Source of the DNA: Oikopleura dioica
Lineage: Eukaryota; Animalia; Chordata
Direction of reading: 5' to 3'
NCBI GenBank assembly: GCA_907165135.1
Contig: OU015567.1
Span: 5,518,001-5,582,000 of the forward strand
DNA: 64,000 nucleotides
Shown here: positions 11,801 to 22,899 of the stretch, piece by piece
Position numbering within the stretch: the stretch's first letter is position 1
Layout: each line of letters starts with the position of its first letter
Position numbers and translations under genes: made by a program
Notes under the pieces: generated by a model
Seen by the model: the letters and a program-made list of their open reading frames with translations, nothing else
What the model was told of the DNA's origin: nothing
Databases searched by the model: none

Positions 11801-14195
11801 CTAGCGAAATCTGCTCTTGAAAATTTCTCCGACTGTCTTCCAGACTCTTCGTTACCGTCTTCACGCTCCCTTCTGGCGACTAAAAAATAAGCATTGAGCA
11901 TATTTTGTTTATTTTACCGGAAAATTGAATGCGCTCTTGAATTCGCCGTCAAGTTGAATTGCACCAGATTTCACTTTTTCCTCCATCGTATTTCTCCACT
12001 GCTCTTGGTCCATGATGCTTTGTTTTCTTGCATTTTCTGCTTGACGTTTTGCTTCGGAGATTCTTTTTATTTTGCTGAACGAAGTTATAATGACATTTTT
12101 TACAAAATATTTTTTCAGAGAAGAACTATGCTCACATGCTCTCATTGTACGACTTTTTTGATTTTCTCGATTTTCTGTTTGATTGAAGCCTGGAACTGTT
12201 CCATGTATTCGGCCCCGGAGTCAGAGTTCGAAATTTCCCGCGCCGCATGCTCCCGCGAGCCCCGCGGGAGCGGGGGGGAGCAAAATTTCTCCCGCGCCCC
12301 CGCTCCCCAAGATATTTGGATATTCTTTCCCCCTCCCCCCCGCTCCCTCGAGATTTTCTCGTGATCTTTCCCCCTCCCCCGCTCCCGCCGTAAATTGTTC
12401 TTTCCCGCCTTCTTCCCGCCCCTTCCCGCGCCGCGAAAACTCGAAAATGCTCCCGCGGGGCTGCGGGAGCAGCGGGGAAATAGGTTTTTTAATTTAAGGG
12501 GCTTGACGGCCCTTCGGGCCGTTTCAGCCCCGTTCCTTGGTTTTCAAATTTAAGGGGCTTGACAAAGGCCGGGGAAGTCTTAGTTGATCAATCTTAGTTT
12601 CGTCCCCAACCCCACCCACCACCATTCAATGTGAAAGTAATATTGTTCATGTTCTTAGCTTTGTTATGATTTTTATTAATTTTTTTCAATTTTATTTCTC
12701 AATTGTCGAATTATCTTAGGGGCCTGACTCAGGCTTCTTCCTTAGTGAAGACCTTTTTAAACCAGCCCTCACGTTGATTTTTCTTTCCCGCGGGCTCCCG
12801 CGGGAGCAAAAGAGAGGGGGAATCCTTCCCGCGCCCCCGCTCCCGCGCAAATTTTCAGGCCTTTTTCCCCGCCCCCGCTCCCGCGCAAAATTTTTGGACT
12901 TGCTCCCGCTCCCCCGCTCCCGCAAAAATTTTCGACCTTGCTCCCGCTCCCCCGCCCCCGCGAAAAATTTCAGTCATAGTTCCCGCTCCCCCGCACCCGC
13001 AAAAGTTCGCGGGAATTTCGAACTCTGCCCGGAGTAGCTGGGGGAACCCTAGTTAGACGAATCTCCTTTTCTTTTTCCTTGATTTCGATCTCGAGCCGTT
13101 TTTTCTCCCTCTTTTTCGCCGCCTTTTCCTTTTCCTGGCGCTCTTTTTCTTTTCTCCTAAACGACCGCTTTTTTCGAAGAAAATTTTTCGAACCCACCTT
13201 TTTGCGTTTTCTTTGGTGATCGCTTTAACAGTTTCTTTGAACATTCGCTTGTGAGAGAATTTTCTTGGAATTCGTAGTTTTGAAATGACCAAGGCGCCAA
13301 GGATGAAAATCAAGGTGACGATGAAGTTTGACATTTGAATCATCATCGAGGTCGACCATTGGTAGTGCTTGACGGATGACTCGAAGAAGGAAACAGGCTT
13401 TTTTGATTGAAAATACGATGGAAATTTAAGATTAAGTGAATCATTCCGGAATCTAATATGGATTCATGAATTTTATCAATGATTAAAACAATAAAAATCA
13501 CCATTAGCAAAAATAAATTTTCGTTTTATGGTCTTTTCTATCGAAAAAATCTTCCTTGATTTCAACATTTCCTGAGTTCGATAAGTAAAAGTCTTCGAAT
13601 AAACGACATTCTCAAAGGCCGAAACGACCGTCAACGTCCCCATAATTTCCAGAACAAGAGAGAATATCGAAACATACGCCACTAGAATCCATCGAATTCG
13701 ATAACCAGCGAATTGAATCCAAGGCAAAATCAACCCCAGCGTACTTGTTCCGATCGCCATGCCAAAAAGGACCCAGGAAGCGGTAATTGTATTCATCGGC
13801 GTCATGAGCCGAATGCAAGGAGCAGCGACAGAGTCGAAAGCTGGGCAGTCTTCGCAGACTCGGGGCAGGTCGTTGGGAAGCGTTTCAACGTCGCTGAGGA
13901 AGAGTTTCAGGTGAAAATTCTCTTCGCCGGGGCAAGAACGGATCTTTCTCTTGTATGTTCCATTCGAAGGACTTTCTTTTTGCATCTCCCAGAGGCCGAT
14001 TTGGACGTTACAGTAGTTCCCGCAGCTGCCTTCATTCAGATCCGGTACTTTGTCATACCTAGTCGTCCCCTCTATCCACTGATTAAGACTGTAAGAAAGA
14101 CACAACAGTACCAACTGAGCTATGCCAAAGAGATAGATGATTTTGCCAAAAGGATCTCTCGCCACTTTTTCATTGAATTTCTGAATTATTCCCAT
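11801..14195 (-). CDS. Claudin/PMP22-like four-TM protein A with basic coiled-coil C-tail; one exon interrupted by a MITE
   Basis: TM1 then NQWIEG...CNVQIGLW (W-GLW signature), further hydrophobic segments, K/E-rich tail. Last exons ...AFNFP|SPEGS...RFR*, paralleling paralog B. Confidence 0.72.
12222..13027. mobile_element. hAT-like GC-rich MITE (806 bp), perfect 8-bp TSD CCCGGAGT, inserted in a coding exon
   Basis: TIR CAGAGTTCGAAAT(T)TCCCGCG at both ends. CCCGGAGT at 12214-12221 and 13028-13035. CCCGC/CTCCC subterminal arrays. Confidence 0.92.
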
Positions 14196-14360
14196 TTTTC
14201 ATTTCTTTCTCTAGAATTTTTCCAGGACTTGATCAAGAAAAAAGAGAGGAGAAGATTTTACGAGCGAGGGGTAAATATCAAGAATAGTTTTATTTGTTAA
14301 GAACGCAGAAATCGAGAATTTTTCAAATATCAGCGAATTTCGGAGTCGGAGAAGAAGGAA

Positions 14361-16266
14361 TCAGAAAAGCACCATCGGAAGATTTCGGCGTCGCTAGAAA
14401 TTTATGAGAAAGAGTTCCTGAGTGATCGACTTACGGGGAACTTCTTCGGCTTCGAGAGTTTTTCGATAATTGGCGATTGCGTCGTTGAGATTTGCGCTCT
14501 TTTTTGGCTCATCCGGCGACTAAAAGGTTAAATTTAAGGACCCAGGGCTCGATTTTCTTACAGGAAAGACGAATGTGTCCTTTGGCTCATCAAGTGGAAT
14601 GTCGTTTCGATTAATCCCTTGCGCGGAGAGTTGATTGTCGTAGATTCGCTTCATCATCAAGCTCTTTTTTCGAGCATTTGCTTGGAGTTTGTCATTTTCG
14701 TTGAGGTTCAAATCGCGTCTAGAATTTTAAGCAAAAGAGCTCTTTTCAACTCCCCTACTTGCAGAGCGATTTCCTCGCGATCGACCTCCTCGGAAGACCG
14801 TTTCCAGGCGACTTGGGCCTCATCATCGTATTTCGTCTTATTTGCGACTTGATCATGACGCTTTTTCTCGTATTCGTGATTCTCGCCAGCTGATCTAGTT
14901 GTTGTCTTTTCAGTTCTTCCTGCCTCGCCCGCTCCTTTAGCCTCCTTTTCATCGCTTCTTCGTTTTCCCGGCGTTTTCGTTTGATCGCTTTTTTGAGTGC
15001 TTCAAGTTTTTCTCGATAGGCGCGTTTTGCGGAATACGGTCGCGGGATTTCGAAGGAGGTTATGTAGAAACAAGCTTTAAAAATTTAATTTCAAAATGAT
15101 TATTTTTAATAAATGAATTAAAATTGAAAATAATAATGATTATATTATTAATTATATAATTAATAATTGAAAATAATCATCTTTTTTTTCTCGACTACCT
15201 GTGTCAAAACCTGAGTCAGGGCCTGAAAGAGCACGAATAAAGATTCTTTTAGGCCCTGACTCAGGTTTTGGACACAGGTTTTCGAGCCCAACACCTCCCC
15301 TACCCTAACCCTAGGCCTAACTCTTACCAACTGCATGGCAAGCACTGATAATCATCGTGCAAAAAAGAAGAATTTGACAAAAATCCCAGCCGTAGTACTC
15401 TGTAAATCGCTCAATATCAGAAACTAGAAAATTTTCTATCTTTTGACAGCGAATCTCTTCTACCTGGGAACATTTTGTAAGTAAATTTGTCCGAGTCGAC
15501 AATATTTTCAAACGCCGATCTGACAGATAAAAGCGCCATCATCTGCAGAATCCAGCAAAAGGTGTCCAAATATCCGACAATTATCCATCTCACAGTGTAG
15601 TTGCCAAAATTGGCAAAGGGTATTCCAACAACGCCAACAGACAAGCCAATCGCGATGCCGATCCAGCACCAGGTCAATTCAAGCGAATTCATCGGAACAA
15701 TGAGGCGGACGCACAGCTCATTTCCGACTCCAGTACAGTTCGAATGCTCACACAGAAGTGGCTCGCTTCGAACAGCTCTAGAATCGGCCCCATTTCGCAT
15801 TCCATTGAGCCCAAGTCTAAGGTAAAAATCGCCACCAGCTTCGCAATTTTTCAGCTTGGCGTTCCATGACTTGAGGAGGATAAATATTCGCCAGAAAATG
15901 AAAACAAAAAAGAAGCAAAGCGATAATTTGAATTTTTAATCCTGCAAAGCGCAATAACTACCTGTCCCTGAGAACTGCCCTTATCGTACTTCCAGAATTG
16001 AAAAAGCCCAATCTAAAACTAACATTTGGAGCCTAAGAATTTCCTCTTACATTGACGTTACAGTGATTGCCGCCATTTGCGTCGATACAGTCGCCTTTGA
16101 TCATCGGCGCGCTGGACAAATCATTGCTGGTAGTTCCCCTCACCCACTCGCCAAGACCATAAGCGACGCAAATTATGATCAAATTCGCGACTCCGACAAA
16201 ATAAATAACAGCATCGACTCCGCTTTTCACAACATCTCGCTTGAATTTATTCACGATTCTCATCAA
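14361..16266 (-). CDS. Claudin/PMP22-like four-TM protein B, tandem paralog of A
   Basis: GEWVRG...CNVN|IGLF, C..LIVPMN aligned with A's CIRLMTPMN, shared ANARKKS/ENARKQS and FVFP|SP/FNFP|SP tail exons. The 3' end is approximate. Confidence 0.72.
15190..15290. mobile_element. Short copy of the ACCTGTG..AAACCTGAGTCAGG MITE family (intronic)
   Basis: ACCTGTGTCAAAACCTGAGTCAGGGCC ... GGCCCTGACTCAGGTTTTGGACACAGGT inverted arms. Confidence 0.8.
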
Positions 16267-16796
16267 CTTTTTTCTCTTTTCATTACTTTTTCTGCAAATC
16301 TAAGTCGCGAATAATATTTGTGAATTTGGACTAATTAGTCTGTAAATATCAAGCGCTGCAATTTTGGGAGACTATTACTCAGTGAATGAAACAGGAAAGT
16401 TTTCATAGGAATAGCTTTCAAAAAATATTTATTTGATGAAACGGAGCAAAAAGCAGAAGTCAAGCAGCTAATCTTGTTGAGAATTGTCATGAATCCAGTC
16501 TCGATAGTAGAAAACATCTGTATATACACCTGTTCGCAGCTTTATAAATAAATTTATTTATTCGCTTTTGAATAGCAAAAAATCAGTGAACTAATGATTG
16601 TGGGTTCGAATCCCAGCTGATACATATTTTTTTCGATTGTAACGTGAAAAATTCGCCTCGAAATATCGTGATATTTGTCAAGAGCGCTTGAGAATCATAT
16701 TTTTTTTTGCGAAGATGGCCGTTTTTCCTCCGTAGGAAAACGCAGAGTTACAGTTCTTATTTGCGTATGGTCAATAAGCACCATGCAAGACCAATG

Positions 16797-18072
16797 TCAA
16801 AGTCGTAAAATAAATGAGTATCTGTTTGAGATAAAGCTGAATCCTGGGTGCGTTCCACAGCCATTTCCCCACGAAACCAGCCCGACGACTTCTTCCGTCG
16901 CTTCCTCGCTGCTGCTACTATCGTAAGAGAACCAATCGAAGAGCGGGCCGCCAGAATCACCGGTACAAGCGTCTTCGTGAAACGTATTGCTCATCGCGCA
17001 GACCATGCCAGGTCGAATATCGCCGCCGTAGTAGCTTCGACAGTTTGCGTTGTCGAGAATGTAATTATCCGCGCATTGCAGATCGAGGGGGTAGTTTTCC
17101 TCTGGATACGTTGTGCTTCCCCAGCCGCAAACTGTCGAAGGCTAAAAATAGAACTTTCATTCATAAGAATTTAAGTATATCTTAGTGTCTTTTACGCTTG
17201 AATAATTGCGCTAACGCTCGAGTGCTCTTTACAGAAATGACGCCTTCTCTAGTTCAGGACTTGTTTTGATAAGAAAAGTTAAGGAGGAAGTTGGAGGAAG
17301 AGAAAATTACTCAACGAAAGATGTTTCTTTTTTACGCGATTCTTTTTACATCGATTTTTGCCGCGATAGAAGGTAAGAAAAGTAAGAAAACGAAGGCTGA
17401 AATCGTTTCTCTGCTGTTTTCTTGGTGCAAAAAAGCAATAAGGGGATAAGTGGTCTCTTATTGGCTGATGCATTCAATACGCCAATCTGATTGGCTCAAC
17501 GGAAACCTCCAATTTTATAAAGACCTTAATTGAATTTTTAAGCTTTTTTATCAATTGGAATCAAGGAAGAGGACGAAGAAAAACAGAAAGACGAAAATAT
17601 CGTCTAAATTTCTCACTGTTCAAAATAAGTACAAGCCAAACCCCATATCTTCAAAAAAATAAACCTGATAACTTACTGCTTTATCGACTGGCGCATGGTT
17701 CGGAATAATCGCTGGAAAGGTGAATTTGGAAAAAGAAATAGTCTTTGAAACGTTCAAAACAGCGATGTCGTTGGTGAAATAGACAGAGCTGTAGTTTGGA
17801 TGCTTGATCTGCTTCTTCGACGAAATTTCGTATTTTTCTTCGCCCTCAGATCCGCTTCCTGTAATTGCTTCCAAGTTTGTGTTTTGGAGACAGTGAGCGG
17901 CGGTAAGAAATGAGTGCGATGAAATCAGAACAGCGCCGCACTTCAGGGTGTTTTTGTTTTTCAATAATTTTGTTGCTGATGGATGAGCCTCGATTTTTTC
18001 CGACTTTCCTCCGATAACAAGCGTCTTTGACCATGCTGCGGCAAAAAATGCAGGTGCTATCTTAATTTTCAT
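16797..18072 (-). CDS. Trypsin-like serine protease (copy 1); exons 18072-17677, 17141-16797
   Basis: Signal peptide, VIGG, TAAHC, NDIAVL, CGWG, GDSGGP: full His-Asp-Ser triad. Phase-0 GT-AG intron. Confidence 0.9.
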
Positions 18073-18298
18073 TCTTGTGAAACTTTTCTCTATGATATTT
18101 AGAAAAAATGGAATTTCGTTTCGCCCTAGATCGAGAACGAGCAGATGGTAGCTCATAGTCACAAGTTAAAAAAGAACGGAACTGCGCATGCAATCAGCTG
18201 TTTTGCTTCCCAAAGCAGACTGTCAATGAGTTTTCTTGAATATCACTTTATTCTGTGAAGTCAGCTTTGTACAGTAAATTTTTATTTTTTAACCTACA

Positions 18299-21144
18299 TC
18301 AACTGTTTTCTTCGTCAACAATACATTTTCCATCTTCTCTACTTTGGATTCCTTCGCAGAATAAACATTCTTGTGCAGTTCTCTTGATCCAATCTTTGAA
18401 GAAAAAGACATCTGTGTACACCCCCGGGGCTGTTCCACAGCCATTGCCCCAAGAAACGATGCCGACGACCTCTTCGTGGACGCAGCCGTGGCTGTCGATT
18501 ACGTAGGAAAACCAGTCAAAGAGCGGACCACCGGAATCTCCTATGCAGGCGTCTTGTTCGTAGGTGATGCTGGTTGCGCAGACCATGCCTGGCTTGATCT
18601 GGGTTCCGTAGTACTGGATGCAGTTGGTTGCGTCGAGGATTTGGTTGTCGGCGCATTGCATCTCTGTTGGGTAGTTTAGCGAAGGGTATGATGTTGAGCC
18701 CCAACCACAGACTGTTGATGGCTAAATTATTGCCAATAATTTATTGGTCAGAAGGTTGGTAGATAGAGATAAGGTTGGGTTAGCCAGTTTGTTAAGCCGT
18801 TGGCGAACGCCTTGCAGTTTCGCTGCAACAACACGCCCAGAGGCTATAAATGCCGCATACTCATTGGCGCAGAGGGCAACTTAACGCCTACGCTCGGCAG
18901 CGGGTTAAGGTAAGGCCTAGGGGCAGCTAAAAGGATAACTCCTTTTTCAAGTCTCAAACTTACTCTGTTGTTGACTGGCATCCTGGAAGGAAGTGCTGCT
19001 GGAAAGACATTGACTGAAAATTTGATCTTCTTTTCGATGTTCAAAACTGCAATATCATTCGATAGGTAGATTGAGCTGTAGCTCGGATGCTTCTTTTGAT
19101 GTGATGGGGGGCAATCAACAGCTTTATTGTCGTCACTTCCATGGCCAACAGATACGAAGAAATTCGAGGTAGAGAGACAATGAGCAGCGGAGAGAACTGA
19201 GTGCCTAAAAATCATTCGTAATAAGCAGGGCTGGTAAATTAGCGCACTATTTTCTCTCGAAGAAAAAAAAATTAGTGCACTAATTATTTTTTAGAGACAT
19301 TTTCGCGTCTTTCGCGCCTTTAGTGCACTAAAATGACACTAATTTTTCCTCTTGGGGAAATTAGTGACTTTTCGAGAGCTGATCAGCACTAAAGACGCGA
19401 AAAAAGAGGCTCTTTTTCATCATCCAATGAGCGCGCTCTTCTTGGAGGACAACTTCATGGAAGATGAATTTGCCAGGGGAAGACTTTCAATAAACGGAAA
19501 CCTAAATTTTCTAAAGAATTTTTCTAAGATAAAGATAAGATTTAGATAAGATAAGATTTTTCTAAATAAAAATGACACTTTTAGTAAAAAATAAGTTGAA
19601 AAGAATAAAAGTCAACTTTTGTTGGAAATTCTTTTTGTCGAGTACCGTGGTTTTCCATGTTAAGAGCGCCCGACTTAAGAGCGTTTTAAAAATCGTCGAG
19701 TTCGCGGGAATTTCGAACTCTGCTAGGGAGGTCTTCTCCCTAATTTTTTTATCGCAGGGCCATCCGCAGCTGGATCTTCCTGCTTTTTAATTTTTTGGCT
19801 TTCTTCTTGTCGTCGTCCGACAACTTCTCATCGCTGTCCTCAACAGTCGCTGAAGCTAGAGCAGCCTTGACCGATACGTTCTACTTTCGTGGTCTTTAGC
19901 TCTTCTCATTTTTTTGTATATGTTTTAAGTATCTTTATATAATTCTTTATTCACAGAATCATATTTATTTGATAATTTAGAAGGGAGGTCTCCTCCCGAA
20001 TTTACGCTTACTTGATAACTGCTAATGGAGAACTCCTCCCAAAGTTTCTTTTGTTTTCTAGGATAAAGGCTATCATATAGGCTATATGATATAGCATTGT
20101 AAGTTTTTAGAGTAAAATGTATTGGGAGGAAATCTGCTTTCTGAATTACAAGGTAAGCATGAACTTGGGAGAAGATCTCCCTTCTGAATTATTAAATAAA
20201 TATGATTTTGTAAATTAAGAATTATATTAACAATTCGCACAAGGCTGCTCCAGCTGCAGACTTCTGAGGACACCGAAGATAAGTCGAACGACGACAAGAG
20301 GAAGATTGACAAGAAAGGGAAAAAGCAGGAAGAATAAGCTGCGGATGGCCCTTCAATAAAAAAATTAGGGAGAAGACCTCCCTTAGAAAGCTAATCTTAG
20401 GCTAAGAGTCTAAGCTTATCATTCGATTCCCGCACAGAAAAAGTTGCAAACAAAAGTTGAATTGTATTATTTGATATAATATAGGCTATATTTGTTACTT
20501 TATATTTATAAAGAAAATTAACAAATGGATTGACAAAGTCTTTTTTGACTTTATATTAAAATTCTCGCCCTCGATTACCCAACCCACTTTATTGAAACCA
20601 AATTTTTTGAAATTCTAATAGTAATGAAGTTTGAAATTCTCAAACTTACGTAATCTTCAGAATTAAAGAGCCCGCGCTCCTTGGCGGGCCAATCAGCAGC
20701 CCTTATTTTCGACACTTTTCGAGACACACGCGAAAGAGACGCGAAAGTCACTAAAGTCTCGACAAAATAAATTCGCGCACTAATTTTAGTGCACTAAAAA
20801 TTTTCGACAGATTTTAGGACGCGAATTTACCAGCCCTGGTAATAAGTATTGAAATCAAGCTTAGTAATACTTACGAGGAAATCAAAATGCCACCACAGTG
20901 AACTTGATTCTTCTTTAGGACTCTTTCTCTGAACTTCGGATTCAAATTGAGGACAGATGGTTTGCTTTTCGTGAGCATGACGGTCGATGGATGAGCTGAG
21001 ATTTTTTCTGGATAGCCGCCGATAATCCAATTTCTAGCGCTGACGCAAGTCGACATGAAAAGGGCGATTGAAAACTAAATACACTTATTACTACCTTGAA
21101 AAAGTACGATTATCTTATCTTGTGATTTAATGTCTAACCTTCAT
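18299..21144 (-). CDS. Trypsin-like serine protease (copy 2); exons 21144-21139, 21074-20875, 19204-18964, 18721-18299
   Basis: MK|FSIALFMSTCVSA, IIGG, SAAHC, NDIAVL, GDSGGP, GCGTAPGVYTDV. All introns are GT-AG and in phase. Confidence 0.9.
19226..20838. mobile_element. hAT-like MITE (1.6 kb with nested elements), perfect 8-bp TSD GTAATAAG, intronic
   Basis: TIR CAGGGCTGGTAAATT at both ends. GTAATAAG at 19218-19225 and 20839-20846. TTAGTGCACTAA subterminal palindromes. Confidence 0.9.
19726..20382. mobile_element. Nested MITE with long (~145 bp) diverged TIRs, PIF/Harbinger-like termini
   Basis: GGGAGGTCTTCTCCCTAATTTTTTTAT... matches the reverse complement of the right end; flanks are CTA / TTA. 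Confidence 0.8.
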
Positions 21145-21573
21145 TTTTAATCGATTGTACTCGGAAGGCACCGATGCTTTGGTATTTAAAGATGGCTCCT
21201 CTCTTGCGAAAAAACCAGGTGACCAAGTTTGGAAAGTCGGAAAAGAACGCATCAGAGCAGTTGTCTAACTTCGCATCGACGAAACTCATTCAGCGAATTT
21301 CCGGATAAACAAGACTCTGACATCAGTGTTAGGCAAATTGCTTCCGTTTTTTTTCCTTCGAAAGTCTTCTTCAAGTTCAAATTCTTCGTCAAAAACCGCA
21401 GGAGGAGGGTGTCAAGCGGGCTTGGGAGCGAAAAATGAACCGATAAGAAATACCTTCTACGTAGAAAATCAAAATTGAGTCGATGACGCTGTTTCTCAAA
21501 GCTGATAAAACCTAAATAACTTCCTCTCACTGATCATTCGAGGCAGAAAGGGGAGAAAGAGAAAGGAGTAAAA

Positions 21574-22898
21574 ATGAGCCAAGCGGTTTTAGCCGGAAGT
21601 AGGGTTACTTCCCTGACCAACTATTATTCTAGAGCTCTTCCCTACACAACCACGCTCGGAAAGTTCTGGTACCTGACTGTGAGTACTAAAATATAAGGCT
21701 TTGTAAACTAGCAGGAGTAGCAGGAGTAATTTTCGCAAGAATTTTTTCTAGAGATTTTTTTGTAGCTAGTCATGCGCGGAATCATGATTTTCACCGTGGG
21801 AACGGACATTTACTCCAACGACGCAAGTTCCTTCACGTGCTCCACGAAACAGCCCCTCTGCAACTCAGGCACCCAGTTTTCTTATTTTTGAACACAATGA
21901 CGATTTGAGAGCGGTATTCTCTTTCTCTGTCGATTCGCACATGGAAAAAATTGTGGGAAAACTAGGAAAAAGTGTGCTTCAATCAGTTTATGCCGATGAA
22001 TTTGACTCGATTCTGGACTTGGCATATGGTCGCTCTTGGGTAAGAAAACCTTTTCAATCCATTTTTTCCACGATTTTCTCAGAATAACCGCGGTAGCATT
22101 CGTCACAATCGTCAACGAGCCGAGCAAAGATCTCAAGCTCATGCGATCCCTCGAAGCTGAGATCGGCAACCCAGATGAAGAGGAAAAATCGGACCTCCCC
22201 CCTTCTTACCAGCAAATAAAGCTGAACAAGCTCAAGGCCAAGTACAGCGATATCAACGCGATTGCGGAGAGCTACAAGGGTCGAAAAATGATCGTGACAA
22301 CAAGAAAGACGAAGATTCATCGCGCTGTTTTTCAAATGACGCTTCTTGGTGATTTTTCTTTTATAAACTCCTTCCTTTCTTCATTTTTAGGGCTGGAACT
22401 GGTCTTTTTCATATTCTTCTTGTCTCTTTTGAAGCATCAGTACCACTACAAAACCGGCTGGTGGACTCTTTTGACGACTGGAAAGCTCTTTCAGGAAAAT
22501 ATTGACAATCACTTTTTCCAGAATAAAAAATAGAAGTTGTCAATATTTTCCCTAGACTCCCGCATCCTTCAGCTGCGTAATCGATGAAAACAGTCTCACC
22601 TCGATCCCGAAAGAAATTGCCCAAGCTAAAAACTTCAACTCCACGGATCCTCGATATTTCTTTTGGAAAGCGAAACACGCCTGCTCTCAAGCTGAGTCTG
22701 TTTGCAATGTCGCTCGTTTCACCGAAAAGGTATTCTGGAAATAAACCCTTTCTCACGTCCATTCAGACCTACATTACCTACTTTATGCTCGGCTCAAACG
22801 CCCTGGCCATCATCATCTTGGTCTTCAATGGAATCTTCATTCTTGGACAGACCTCCGTAATCGGCATCAAACGCGGATCCTCCTGGGTCAATCAGTAA
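21574..22898 (+). CDS. Connexin (gap junction protein), divergent; exons 21574-21678, 21766-21868, 21973-22039, 22083-~22348, ~22391-22494, 22556-22729, 22767-22898
   Basis: TLGKFW..R, EL1 FTCSTKQPLCNSVCFNQFMP...RFW (C-x6-C-x3-C), EL2 P.SFSC...C....VC.VARFTEK-TY...FML. Requires one GC-AG and one GA-AG intron. Confidence 0.85.
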
Positions 22899-22899
22899 G

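Noticed and set aside
12183-13037. Pro/Arg-rich ORFs on both strands
   Set aside because: Artefacts of the CCCGC repeats in the MITE.
16595-16620. tRNA-like T-arm GTGGGTTCGAATCCCAG
   Set aside because: No D-arm, anticodon arm or acceptor stem could be folded upstream; at most a B-box or SINE relic.
21229-21530. Minus-strand 92-aa ORF upstream of connexin
   Set aside because: No credible start or domain, and it would require implausibly short introns.
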